Below, piece after piece: positions 26,185 to 39,239 of a stretch of DNA of 64,000 nucleotides. The stretch's first letter is position 1. Each line of letters opens with the position of its first letter. Below the pieces are notes generated by a model. The model did not search any database, had not been told where the DNA came from, and worked only from the letters and a program-made list of their open reading frames with translations. Position numbers and translations under genes: made by a program. The DNA is from Mobula hypostoma (taxonomy: Eukaryota), in contig NC_086108.1 in the NCBI RefSeq assembly GCF_963921235.1, forward strand, positions 113,400,001 through 113,464,000, given 5' to 3'.

Positions 26185-26770
26185 ATCAGTTGAAAGGGTG
26201 AGCAGCTTCAAGTTCCTGGGGGTCAACATCTCAGACGATCTATCCTGAGCCCAATATATTGATGGAGTCATGAAGAAGGCACACTGGTGACTCTTCTTCA
26301 GCAGGAATTTGAGGAGATTTGGAATATCACCAAAGACCCTTATAAACATATTTCGCAGGTGTACGGTGGAGAACATTGTGACTGGTTGCATCATCGTCTG
26401 GTATGGAGGCTCCAAAGCACAAGATCACGAGAGGCAGCAGAGAGAGAGTCAGCCGTCTCCACCATGGACACATCCCTCCCCACCATCTCCACCATGGACA
26501 CATCCCTCCCCACCATCTCTGCCATGGACACAACTCTCCCCACCATCTCCACCATGGACAAATCATTCCCTATCACTGAGGAACTCCTCAAAAGGCAATG
26601 CCTCAAAAAGGTGGCATCCATCATGAAGGACCCAATCTCCCAGGACATGTCCTTGTCTCATTACTACCATCAGGGAGGAGGTACAAGAGCCTGAAGACAC
26701 ACACTCAACATTTTAGGAACAGCATCTTCCCCTCTGTCATCAGATTTCTGAATGGACAATGAACTCATGA
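26185..26770 (+). mobile_element. Rex1/Babar fragment containing a 30-bp tandem expansion (~26455-26570)
   Basis: VERVSSFKFLGVNISDDLS and RCTVENIVTGCIIVWYG motifs; repeated STMDTSLPTI units. Confidence 0.8.
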
Positions 26771-29154
26771 ACATTACCACATTATACCTATTTTTGTGCT
26801 ATTTATTTATCTTGTAATTTATAGTAATTTGATGTTTTTGTACAGTACAATGAATTTCATCTCATAGGTCAGTGATACTAAACCTCATTCTGATTCTGAT
26901 CTCTCACACAACATGTGACACAATTCAGTCACGGATCCTACATTCATTCTCAGAGAAATTCATTGGTCCATTATATCTCTGTAATCCATTCTCCCCCCAG
27001 ACTCCACCCCTCACCCACACACTGGGGGCAATTAACTCAACAACTCACACGCCTTTGGAACGTCGGAGGGGCTCAGAGCACCTCGGCAAAACTCACACAC
27101 AGGAAGAACGTGCAAGCTTCACACAGACAGCCCCGGGGGTTGGCATCAAGCCTAGGTTTCCGCGGCTGTACGGCAGTGTCTGTACATCCCACGTTTCACC
27201 CACTCAGAAACTTATATAATTGTTTTTTTTAGAGGTACAGCCCTTCTAGCCCAACAAGCCCCCACCACCCAATTACACCCATGTGACTAATTAACCCACT
27301 AACCCGTATGTCTTTGGACTGTGGGAGGAAACCAGAGCACCCAGAGGAAACCCACATGGCCATGGGGAGAACATACAAATGCTTCAAAAGGTGGCTCCAC
27401 CATTAAAGACCCCCATCAGCCACAACATGCCCTCTTCTCATTGCTACCATCAGGAGCCTGAAGACACACACTCAGTATTGCGAGATTCTACCACCAGATT
27501 TCTGAATGGACAGTGAACCCATGAACACCACCTCAATACTTTTCTTCTCTTTTTGCACAACTTGTTTACTTGTTTTATATATATATATTTCTCATTGTAA
27601 TTTATAGTTTTTTATTAAGTATTGTAATTTATTCATTTATATATAGATAGATACTTCTTATGGTAAGTTATAGTTTTTTATTATTATGTATTGCAATGTA
27701 CAGCTGCAGCAAAACAAATTTCACGATATATGCCAGTAATATTAAGCCAGATTTGAATTCTGATTCACAACACAGCATTCCCACAATTTACTAGCCCCAA
27801 TCTGTAAGTTTTTGGGATGTGGGGGGAAGCTGGAGTAAACGCACGTGGTCACAGGGTGAGCATATAAACTCCTCACAGACAACGGCGAGAACTGAGCCCC
27901 GATCACTGGTGTCATAAAGCGTTACATTAACTGCTACGTCACCGCGCTGTTTGAGAATTTTTCCTCCAGCTATGAAAGGGTTACAGGAGAATAAACACCA
28001 AATGACCTACACCCATGTGATGTGTTCCTGTTAAACTGCTGGCTGGACCCATTAGCTGAGTTACAACAGCCCATGAAGCATGCTCCGTGTGCAATCCCAT
28101 TACGAGGTATACCTTCAAAGGGGCTTTTCAAAAGCTACACTAATTAACTGTTGTGCCTCGTAGATGTTTCCGGAACTCCTGAGTCTGGTCACACCATTTC
28201 TTTTCTCTCTGATCTGTAAATGTTGATGATTGCAAAGAATCACCCTGCCATTTTACAGATCGGTGGGCTTCCAGTTCTGAGGCCTGGTTGGCCATCAGGA
28301 AGTGCGGTAATTAGCTGTTATAGGTCATGAATTAGAGCAACGACCAGATGGGACAACTGACATTTGGGCTTGACTTTACATTCTGCACTGTGACAATATC
28401 GAACCTCTCCAAGGTCTCTCCACCCACCCCCTTCCTCCTCCCTGGAGGAAAGTCTTCCTCCAACTCCACAACCCCTACCTACTAGATCTTCTCCACATTC
28501 CCTCGACTGGAGAATCTCAGGAATGACTTAGTTTAGAGACTGAGGGTGCAAGTGGAACTTGGGTTTTCAGAAGGCCTTTGACAAGGTGCCGCACATGAGA
28601 CAAATTGAGAGCCCATGGTATTACAGGAAAGATACTAAAATGGATAGAGCATTGGCTGATTGGCAGGAGAAAAAGAGTGGAAATAAAGGAAGCCTTTTCT
28701 GATTGGCTTGGGTGACTAGTGGTGTTCAGCAGGGGTCTGTGTTGGGACCGCTTCATCTTATGTTATAGAAAATAGCCGAGACCTTCACTCCTTCCGCCAA
28801 AGTGCATGCCAATACACTTCCCTACCCTTCTTTTCATCTGCCACTTCTTCGCCCATTCTCACAATCTGTCCAAGTCATTTTAACTATCAGAACTGCTAAG
28901 GGTCTTGGGAGTCTTTCTGCAGGATTCCCCACAGGTTAACTTACAGATTAAGTCAGTGGGAGGGAGGCAAATGTAATCTCAGTATTCCTTTCAAGAGGAC
29001 TAGAATACAAAAGTAAAGATGTTATGCTGAGGCTTCATGAGACATTGGTCAGACCATGGGGAGTATCGTGAGCATTTTTGGGCACCTATCTAAGAAATAA
29101 TGTGCTGGCATCGGAGAGAGTCCAGAGAACGATCCCAGGAATGAAATGGTTAAC

Positions 29155-29555
29155 ATATAACCACATAACAATTACAGCACGGAAATAGGCCATCTCAGCC
29201 CTTCAAGTCCATGCCAAACTCTTACTCTCACCTAGTCCCACTGACCTGCACTCAGCCCGTAACCCTCCATTCCATTCCTGTCCACATATCTATCCAATTT
29301 AACTTTAAATGACAACATCGAACCTGCTTCAACCACTTTTGCTGGAAACTCGTTCCACACAGCTACCACTCTCTGAGTAAAGAAGTTCCCCCTCATGTTA
29401 TCCCTAAGCTTTTGCCCTTTAAATCTCAACTCATGTCCTCTTGTTTGAATCTCCCCCATTCTCAATGGAAAAAGCCCATCCACGTCAACTCTATCTATCC
29501 CCCTCATAATTTTAAATACCCCTATTAAGTTCCCCCTCAACCTTCTACGCTCCAA
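29155..29555 (-). mobile_element. CR1 3' fragment nested in rearranged CR1 pieces (~28560-29730)
   Basis: ORF 29232-29555 reads ERRRLRGNLI..QTRGHEL..FFTQRVV; the plus-strand CR1 resumes at TATGAGGAGCG. Confidence 0.8.
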
Positions 29556-30351
29556 TATGAGGAGCGTTTGATGCCTCTGGGCCTGTACACGCTGGAGTTT
29601 AGGAGATTCTATCGAATTTTGAAAGGCCCAGATAGAATGGATTTGAGGAGTCTAGGACCAGAGTACACAGACTTGGAATAAGGGACGTCCATTTAGAACT
29701 GAGATGAAGAAAAATTCCTTTAGCCAGATCATTCTACTTCTAGAAATAAAGCCTGAGTGTACAAATCTCTTCTTGTAACTCAGACCCCAAGTCCTAGTAA
29801 ATCCTTTCTGCACTCTTTCTGGTTTAATGACACCTTTATGAATGAAAAACTGTATACAATGCTCCAAGCTGGCCTCACAAGGGCCTTATATAACTGCAAC
29901 GTACCTTCACAACTCCAGTATTCAATGCCCTGACTGATGAAGGCCAACAAGCCAAATTCACACTCACTTATATTGAAGCACACAGTGAAGTGTGTCATTT
30001 ATGTCAACAACCACCGCTGTGCTGGGGCCAGCCCACATTTATCACCACGCCAATATAGAGTACCCACAATGCTCAGCAGAGCAACCCAGAACACAAAAAG
30101 CAACAAAACAATGACAGCAAAACAAACCTCTTTCCTCCCTAACCCACCCACTAACATCCACCCACCCCCGCCCACAACATACATAAACACAAACTTCTTG
30201 ACCATCCTACCTGGATGCTGCTATCACGAACTATAAGATCATAAGGAGTGGGAGCACAGGTAGGCCATTCAGCCCATCGAGTCTGCTCCACCATTCCATC
30301 ATGGCTGATTTATCATCCCTCTCAACTCCAATCCCAAGCGTTCTCCCCATA

Positions 30352-32037
30352 ACATAGAAACATAGAAAACCTACAGCACAATACAGGCCCTTCAGCCCAC
30401 GATACTGTGCTGAACATGTCCTTACTTTAGAGATTACCTAGGGTTACTCATAACCCTCTATTTTTCTAAACTCCATGTACCTATCCAGGAGTCTCTTAAA
30501 AGACCCTATTGTATCCGCCTCCACCACCGTTGCCGGCAGCCCATTCCATGCACTCACCACTCTCTGTGTAAAAAACTTACCCCTGACATCTCCTCTGTAC
30601 CTACTTCCAAGCATTTTAAAAATGTGCCATCTCGTGTTAGCTATTTCATCCCTGGGAAAAAGCCTCTGACTATTCACACGATCAATGCCTCTCATCATCT
30701 TATACACCTCTATCAGGTCACCTCTCAACCTCCATCGCTTCTATAGGGCATGCTCCCCAATCCAGGCAACATCCTTGTAAATCTTCTCTGCACCCTTTCT
30801 ATAGTTTCCACATCCTTCCTGTAGTGAGGCGACCAGAACTGAGCACAGTACTCCAAGTGGGGTCTCACCAGGGCCCTATATAGTTGTAACATTACCTCTC
30901 GGCTCTTAAACTCAATCCCATGGTTGATGAAGGCCAATGCCCTGTATGCCTTCTTAATCACACAGTCAACCTGCGCAGCAGCTTTGAGTGTCTTATGGAC
31001 TCGGACCCCAAGATTCCTGTTAGAGTGAGTCTTTGGGTAGATGATTCATTTACACTTAAATGACTGGCCACCAGTCTTCTGTTTGACAAAGTACTGTGGG
31101 TTGAGTTCACAACAATGCATTTCCTAAAAGCTGTGAATATCGAAATACTAACCAGACGCTGCGGATGGAAGTGTGAAGTTCACAGGTAGTTTCGAAGAAC
31201 AATATTATCTATACTTTATAATATGAATTGTCCTCTATGTTAGTACAAAAAATACCAAATAAATGTATTGTGGATTTGACTAAAGACTGGGAGTACCAAC
31301 CCAGACATGTTGGCGTCAGGAGGAGAGGATGAAGTCAGAAGGTGTGATGTTTTGTATGTAGCTTCAAAAGAAAGCATTTTCTATAACTTTGTAAATAGGA
31401 ATTGCCCTTTGTGTTTAGCATATAAATATCGAGCCCTCATTGGGCTAGCAGACCTTTCTACCGAAAGCATCTCCATACGTACCTGCTGTACCTTGTTGTG
31501 TCAAATAAGGAAGCTGCTTTGTATCTACCAGTGACTCTGTCTCTCCGGTGATTTCATCCACCCCACAACATTTCCTTTGATCTTCTACACTGTCAAGAGT
31601 CTTACCATTAATACTATATTCTGCCATCATATTTGACCTACCAAAATGAACCACTTCACACTTATCTGGGTTAAGCTCCATCTGCCACTTCTCAGCCCAG
31701 TTTTGCATCCTGTCAATGTCCTACCATAACCTCTGACAGCCCTCCACACTATCCACAACACTCCCAACCTTTGTGTCATCAGCAAATTTACCAGCCCATC
31801 CCTCCACTTCCTCATCCAGGTCATTTATAAAAATCACAAAGAGTAGGGGTCCCAGAACAGATCCCTGAGGCACACCACTGGTCACCGACCTCCATGCAGA
31901 ATGTGACCCATCTACAATCACTCTTTGTCTTCTGTGGCAAGCTAGTTCTGGATCCACTAAGCAAGGTCCCCTTGGATCCCATGCCTCCTTACTTTCTCAA
32001 TCAGCCTTGCATGGGGTACCTTATCAAATGCCTTGCT
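30352..32037 (-). mobile_element. CR1 RT-to-3' fragment interrupted by a solo LTR
   Basis: ORFs 30444, 30725, 31445 and 31721 carry CR1 motifs; colinearity is broken at 31018-31570. Confidence 0.85.
31018..31570 (+). mobile_element. Probable solo LTR (553 bp) of an LTR retrotransposon
   Basis: Termini TGTT...AACA; flanks ATTCC/TTTCC form a 5-bp TSD with one mismatch. TATAAATA lies at ~31421 and an AATAAG polyA-like signal at ~31504. CR1 sequence is contiguous once this segment is removed. Confidence 0.75.
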
Positions 32038-33784
32038 ACCCTGACTTGCTAACCTTTGATGCCCTGACTAATCAAGAACCTATCAACCTCTGCTTTAAAT
32101 ATACCCAATGATTTGGCCTCCACTGCCATCTGTGGCAATTAATTTCACAGTTTCACCACCCTCTGGCTAAACAAATTCCTCTCATCTCTATTCTGAAGGG
32201 ACATGCCTCTATTCTGAGGCTGTGCCCTCTGGTCCTGGAGTCCCCCACGACAGGAACCATCCTCTCCATGTCCACTCTGACTAGGCCTTTCAATGTTTGA
32301 TAGACGTTTCAATGAGGTCCGATTTAAAGACAGAATACTTTGGTATTAGATCATAGTTACATCACCTGATGTGTCATTTGTTGTGAACTTTAGGTATATT
32401 GTAAGAAATATGGTCGTATGTCAGAACGCTGTGGCAAAACCTATAAATTACTAGTCAAATGGCCAACTAAACGAATCCCTTCTTCCTACACAATGTCCAT
32501 ATCCCTCCATTTCTCTCACACTCACGTGCCTAGCCAAGCATCTCTTGAATGTCCCTCTAGTTTCTGCCTATACCACCCCAGGCAGCACATTCCAGGCACC
32601 CACCACTCCCGGTGTAAAAAACTTGCCCCTCACATGCCCTTTGAAATTACCCCCTCTCACCTTAGATGCATGACCTCTGGTGTTAGACATTTCAACCCTG
32701 GGATGAATAAGCTGGTGTATACTGTTAGCCCTGGAACAGAAAATGCTCCAATCACTCAGCAGGTCAGGCAGCACCAAAGGGAGAGAAAAGGAGTTAAGGT
32801 TAAAGCTAGAAGACCATTTTCTCCTTGTTCGAATGTCTCGTCCGATTTTCCATTTCAAGCCAATGGAGGCTTGTTCCTTTAACCTGCTGTGGAATTATCT
32901 CACTCCCGATCCCTGGCTAACCATCGTAGTCACACGTGACTTCTCCTCGGTCACAGTCCTTAGAGTTGCCTGTCCTCCAGAGCACTCTATAAATCTCCAG
33001 TAAGACTACACTTGACTATTGTGTTCGCAGCAGCCTCTCTGGGTCCAAACAAAGGTTAACTGTTTGTCCTTTACACCCTTTTTATGATCACAAGACACTC
33101 CTGGATATTAAGAACATCAGGTACTTCAGGTCTACTGGACTGGTGAGTTGCTCGTGAGGCTGCACTGGCCCATGATGATCAGACTGCTGCGAGCTTGTTC
33201 TTGCCAACAACAGCCATGCACCATCAATGGACAGGACGTGACACTCTGGCACTTGGTTATGGTACTTTGTTTTATGTGACTGCATGTTTTTCTGCTTTTG
33301 TAATTATGTGTGTTACCTGAGTCTTGTGCTGTGTGTAACTGTTGGTAATGTGTTGTGCACCTTGCCCCTGGGAGAACACAGTTTCATCTGGCTGTACTCA
33401 TACCGATGGTTGAATGACAATTAAAGGTGAATTTGAACAGAGATTTACCAGGATGCTGCCTGGACTAGGGACTGTGATTTATGATGATAGGTTGAGTGAT
33501 CTAGTAATTTATTGACTGATAATAACTGAGAGACAGTGAGACCAGGCCTTCATGCCACATTGCCCAGCAACCCCCGATTTAATCCCATCCTAATCACAGG
33601 ACAATTTACAATGGCTTGCATCTTTGGACTGTCAGAGGAAACACTCACACTTACAGGGAGAAAATAAAAACTCTTTACAGAAAGTGCTCTCCAAGGTAAA
33701 GGAGGATGAAAGGTGACTTGACAGAGATGTACAAGATGATAAGAGGCATAGATTAAGGACAGCCAGAGACTTTTCCCAGAGTGG

Positions 33785-33918
33785 CTACTACTACTACTAC
33801 GTCGACTCAGGCCTAGGGGGCCGCCGTCGGGCACGATGATGGACTCTCCACTTCTCCCTCTCCCTCATCAGTGTGTTCATCAGCCGCGCCGCTGTCTTCT
33901 AGGAGCGTGTTGACCATA
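33785..33918 (-). mobile_element. Short RTE-like 3' end with (TAG)n tail inserted in a CR1 fragment
   Basis: CTACTACTACTACTAC tail, CpG-retaining body, and CR1 sequence on both sides. Confidence 0.5.
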
Positions 33919-35079
33919 GTCAGAGAGGCAATGGCCAATAACAGACAATATAATTGCAAGGTAATTGGAGGAAAGCATAGGGGGGATGTCAGAGGTAGAA
34001 TTTTGACACAGGGAGTAGTGGGTATGTGTGAACGTCCTACTAGGGGCAGTGACAGAGTCATTAGGGCCATTTATAAGAGACTCTTAGATAGGCACATTGA
34101 CGCAAAAAAATGGAGAGTTACAAGCTGGGGGGGAGTGTAGGTGGATGTTGTACCACCTGCAGGTTGAGGAGGGGTGGGAAGGGGAGGTCAGGTTTAGAGC
34201 AGGAAGCAGAGGAACTGTTTCTGAACTGTGAATAAACTGCAAAACTTTGTCAATGTTTGTCCCGAGTTCTTCCTACATACTGATGTTCCCTTTGGCAAAG
34301 GGCTTCACGCTCCACTGGCTCACTATGAATAGATATCTCCTCTGTCAGGATCTCCACTTCACACTGCTGACAGGGCTACATCAATAACTCCTTGTGGAGA
34401 TTCACATGCCAGAATGATCATCCTCACCCAAATCACCCTGCATGTTAAAGTCCTGGCCACATCCTTGTAAATTTTCTCTGCACTCTTCAATCCTACCGAT
34501 ATCTTTCCGGTAGGTAGGTGACCATAAATGCACACAATACTCCAAATCAGGCGATACCAGCGTCTTATACAACTTCAACTCCTCTACTCAACAGTCATAG
34601 ATCGCTACAGCTCAGAAGCGGACCCATCAGGCCATCTATTCCTTGCAATCTGTTGTTCTGCCTAGCCCCATCAACCCGCACCTGGACAATCGCCCTCCGT
34701 GCCCCTCCTATCCATGTCCTATCCAAACTTCTCTTCAAAGTTGCAATCAAACCCGCCTCCACCACTTCCACTGGCAGCTCGTTCCACACTCTCACCACCT
34801 AATGAGTGAAGAAGCCCCCCCCCCCATGTTCCCCTTAAATATTTCACCTTTCACACTTACACATGCCTTCTAGTTCTAGTCAACCTTAGTGGAAAAAGCC
34901 TGCTTGTATTTACCCTGTATATATCCCACATCATTTTGTGTACCATTATCAAATCTCCCCTCATTCTCCTACGTTCCAGGGAATGAAGTCTGAACCTTCT
35001 CAGCCTTTCCCTATAACTCAGCTCCTCAAATACTGGCAACATCTTTGTCAATTTTTTCTGTACTCTTTTAATCTTAACA

Positions 35080-35802
35080 GGTCAAAAGCTTGAAGTTCCT
35101 CAGGGTCAATATCACAAATGACCTGACTTGGTCCAACCAAGCAGAGTTCACTGCCAAGAAGGCCCACCAGTGCCTTTACTTCCTGAGAAAACTAAAGAAA
35201 TTTGGCCTGTCCCCTAAAACCCTCACTAATTTTTATAGATGCACTGTAGAAATCATTCTTCTAGGGTGCATCACAACCTGGTATGGAAGTTGTCCTGTCC
35301 AAGACCGAAAGAAGCTGCAGAAGATCATGAACACAGCGCAGCACATCACACAAACCAATGTTCCGTCCTTGGACTCACTTTACACCGCACGCTGTCGGAG
35401 CAGTGCTGTCAGGATAATCAAGGACACGACCCACTCAGCCAACACACTTTTTGTCCCTCTTCCCTCCGGGAGAAGGCTCAGGAGCTTGAAGACTCATACG
35501 GCCAGATTTGGGAACAGCTTCTTTCCAACTGTGATAAGACTGCTGAACGGATCCTGACCCAGATCTGGGCTGTACCCTCCAAATATCCGGACCTGCCTCT
35601 CAGTTTTTTTGCACTACCTTACTTCCCATTTTCATATTTTCTATTTATGATTTATAATTTAATTTTTTAATATTTACTCATTTTTACCATTTTAAATATT
35701 TAATATTTGTAATCCAGGGAGCAGAAAACGTAGAATCAAATATCGCTGTGATGATTGTACATTCTAGTATCAATTGTTTGGTGACAATAAAGTATAAAGT
35801 AT
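35080..35802 (+). mobile_element. Rex1/Babar 3' fragment nested in a minus-strand CR1
   Basis: ORF 35090-35557: NDLTWSN..KKAHQCLYFLRKLKKFG..PLPSGRRLRSLKTHTARFGNSFFP. It ends in AATAAAGTATAAAGTA, with ATCTTA at both junctions. Confidence 0.88.
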
Positions 35803-35844
35803 GATCTTATTGACATCTTTCCTGTAGGTTGGTGACATATCTCA

Positions 35845-36512
35845 GAATCGGATATTATCACTGGCATGTGTTGTGAAATTTATTAACTTAGTAGCAGCAG
35901 TTCAATATAATACATAATATAGAAGGAAAAAACACAACATAAAATAATAACAATAAAAAATAAGTAAATCAACTCCAGTATACGTATATTGAATAAATTA
36001 AAAATAATGCAAAAAAAAACCCAGAAATAATATATATTTAAAAAGTGAAGTAGTGTTCAAGGATTCAATGTCCATTTAGGAATCAGATGGTATAGGGGAA
36101 AAAGCTGTTCCTGAATCAATGAGTATGTGCCTTCAGGCTTCTGTACCTCCCACCTGATGGTAACAGTGAGAAAAGGGCATACCCTGGGTGCTGGAGGTCC
36201 TTAATAATGGATGCTACCTTTCTGAGACACCGCTCCTTGAAGATGCCCTGGGTACTTTGTAGGCTAGTGCCCAGGATGGAGACAACTAAATTTACAACCT
36301 TCTGCAGCTTCTTTCGGTCCTGTGCAGTAGCCCCTCCATACCAGACAGTGATGCAGCCTGTCAGAATGCTCTCCACGGTACAACTATAGAAGTTTTTGTG
36401 TGTATTTGTTGACATGCCAAATCTCTTCAAACTCCTAATGAAGTATAGCTATTGTCTTACCTTCTTTATAACTACATCGATATGTTGGGACCTGGTTAGA
36501 TCTTCAGAGATC
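35845..36512 (-). mobile_element. Rex1/Babar 3' fragment
   Basis: ORF 36116-36430: FYSCTVESILTGCITVWYG..LLPSGGRYRSLK. Confidence 0.85.
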
Positions 36513-37299
36513 TCCATTGAAACATCACTGACTTCAAGATATCATGAGCAACTCACCAAGAATTGCACTGGAAAACTCAATACCCAAGTATGGTGCATAG
36601 CAAGAGCCCAGAAGTGACAATTTCCCAGAATTTCATTGCTAGTTAGTTCTTAGAACACCACAAGGATCGGAATTAAATGGGTTCTTGTTGGTCAGCACAG
36701 ATTTTGTGGGCCAAAAGGCCTGTTTCTGTGGTTCATAGTAAGTCATGGAGTGCAAAAGCATTCCCTTTGGCCCTTTGAATTCATACCAGCCATGAACCAC
36801 ACTGTCCTACAATGATCCCATTTCACTCCCCCTATTGCCATCAGCTCCCCCCAGATTCCAACGCTCACACACTCACTGGGAACAATTTACAGTGATAACT
36901 AACCCAGCGACCCACACGCCTATGGGATGTGGGAAGGAACCAGAGCACCCAGGAGTGGGTAGGGGGGCAAACCCATGCGGTCACATGGAGAACGTGCAAA
37001 CTCCTCACAGACAGAGCTGGTGGTCGGGATCATGCCCGTGGCCTCTGGAGCTGTGACATTGTTCAGAACATTGACTCAGTACACCTGGTTTGCTGAAAAG
37101 AAGCAAACTTCTATCAGAAGTTGGAACCAGATTGCAAATGGAATTGAGTGATGTTTGTGGATAGTCTAATCTGTAATCTTTAGATCACACACAAAAAAAA
37201 GATCCTCTCTGCTCTCTAAATACTTTCAAATAAACTTCTTAATAAACTTAAGGGAACTGCCTTTAGCTTCTCCACCAACATCACCATTCGGAGGCTGAC

Positions 37300-37898
37300 A
37301 TAGGACCATAAGACTAGTAGCAGAATTAGGCCATTGGGCCATCTAATCTGCTGCACCATTCCATCATGGGTGATTTATTATCCCTCTCGGCCCCATTTTC
37401 CTGTAACCTTTGATGCCCTGACTAATCGAGGAGCTATCAAACTCTGCTTTAAATATATCCATGACTTGGCTTCCGCAGCCACCTACAGCAATGAATTCCA
37501 CAAATTCACCACCCGCTTGATAAAGGATTTTCTACACATCTCTGTTCTAAATGAACATCCCTCTATTCTGAGGTTCTGCCCGCTGGTCCTAGACTCCCCA
37601 ACTATAGGAAACATCCTCTCCACATCCACTCTATCTGTGCGCTCTGGTCCTAGACTCCCCCACTATAGGAAACATCCTCTCCACATCCACTCTATCTGAG
37701 CCTTTCAAGGTTTGATAGATTTCAATGAGAATTCCACCCCCCCCGCCCCCATTCTTCTAAACTGGAGCAAGTACAGGCCCAGAGAAAAATGCTCCTCCTG
37801 TATTAACCTTTTCACTCCTGGAATCATTCTTGTGAACCTCCTGTGGACCCCTCCCCAATGCCAGCATATTTTTTCTTAGATAAGGGGCCCAAAACTGC
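37300..37898 (-). mobile_element. CR1 3' fragment with an internal ~57-bp duplication
   Basis: CTGGTCCTAGACTCCCC..CACTCTATCT occurs twice in tandem. Confidence 0.8.
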
Positions 37899-38356
37899 AT
37901 TTGACCATTTGGATACGACACTCTGGGACATATTTACAGTGAACTCTAAATCTGTTACAGACTTGGCTTAAGCCGTCAAATGTGATGACTTGGAGTGAAA
38001 AAGTACGCAAATATTTGCATTGAACCAATCACCTCAAATGTATTCTCAGCGCAGCTTTTGAAGTGCAGAGTGATTTCATTAGCATTGAGATGCAGAGAGC
38101 AAGATTCAAGATTCCTTCTAAATTGTTTAATGTGTTTCCAGTGCACAAGTGTAAAGGAGAACAAAATAATTTGTTACTCCCGATCTGATTAGCACAAAAA
38201 ACAATAAGGATTACAATAATAATAAAAAACAAAATAACTATAAATACATAAAATAGTTTATCTCTGTAGATTGATTGTCTGTCCATAAAGCGACACTAGG
38301 CACAGGAGTGGCTGCACATATGGCGACTGACAGGAAATATAAAGTAGTGGTGGTCA

Positions 38357-38638
38357 GGGGTGTGGAGGGGTGGGTTAGTGAGTGGGGGTGTGGAGGGGTG
38401 GGTTAGTGGGTGGGGGTGTGAAGGGGTGGGTTAGTGGTTGGGGTGTGGAGGGGTGGGTTAGTGGGTGGGGTGTGGAGGGGTGGGTTAGTGGGTGGGGGTG
38501 TGGAGGGGTGGGTTAGTGGGTGGGGGTGTGGAGGGGTGGGTTAGTGGTCGGGGGTGTGGAGGGGTTGGTTAGTGGGTGGGGGTGTGGAGGGGTGGGTTAG
38601 TGGTCGGGGGTGTGGAGGAGTGGGTTAGTGGGTGGAGG
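38357..38638. repeat. G-rich 27-28-bp minisatellite (GGGGGTGTGGAGGGGTGGGTTAGTGGGT x ~10) inside a Rex1-like 3' remnant
   Basis: Tandem units are read directly; the consensus unit has four runs of three or more G. Confidence 0.9.
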
Positions 38639-38890
38639 TATTGATCAGCTTTACTGCTTTACCCTGATCAGCCATACCCTGATGGAGTGGAAGAAACAGT
38701 CCATGAGCAGGGTGGATGGGATCCTTCATGACGTTACTGGCCCTTTTTTCCTGCACCTTTCTGTACATATTGTGCATATTTAAAAGCAGTTAAAGTTTAT
38801 AAAAATAAAGATTAACTTTGTCATATGTACATTGAAACACACGGAGAAATGCATCGTTCGCGTCAAATCAAATCAGCTAGGATTATACTG

Positions 38891-39050
38891 CAAACACGAG
38901 GAATTCTGCAGATGCTGGAAATTCAAGCAACACACATCAAAGTTGCTGGTGAACGCAGCAGGCCAGGCAGCATCTCTAGGAAGAGGTACAGTCGACGTTT
39001 CGGGCCGAGACCCTTCGTCAGGACTAACTGAAGGAAAAGTTAGTAAGAGA
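38891..39050 (-). mobile_element. Isolated Penelope terminal-repeat fragment, apparently young (CpGs retained)
   Basis: Near-identical to the terminal repeat at 15111-15235. Confidence 0.88.
38990..39025 (-). ncRNA. Minimal type I hammerhead ribozyme motif, intact core
   Basis: Minus strand AGTC-CTGACGA-A-GGGT(CTCG)GCCC-GAAA-CG-TC^GACT gives stem I AGTC/GACT, CUGANGA, stem II, GAAA and a GUC cleavage triplet. Confidence 0.8.
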
Positions 39051-39239
39051 TTTTCTGGACAGCCAGCAAGTGGTACATCGGTTCTGGCGCCAGTGCAGCA
39101 TACCCACAAATTACTAACCCTAACCTGTAGGTCTTCGGACTGTGGGTCCGAAGCACTGGAGGAAACCCACGCTGTCACGGAGAAAACATACAAACTGCAT
39201 ATAGACGGCGGCGGGGATCGAACCTCGATCATTGGCATG

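Noticed and set aside
35090..35557. ORF likely to hit DUF1891/ALKBH8 N-terminal profiles
   Set aside because: It is the C-terminus of a Rex1/Babar RT, present in several copies here with LINE tails, not a host gene.
38357..38638. Interstitial telomeric array
   Set aside because: Only one GGGTTAG per 28-bp unit and no tandem (TTAGGG)n.
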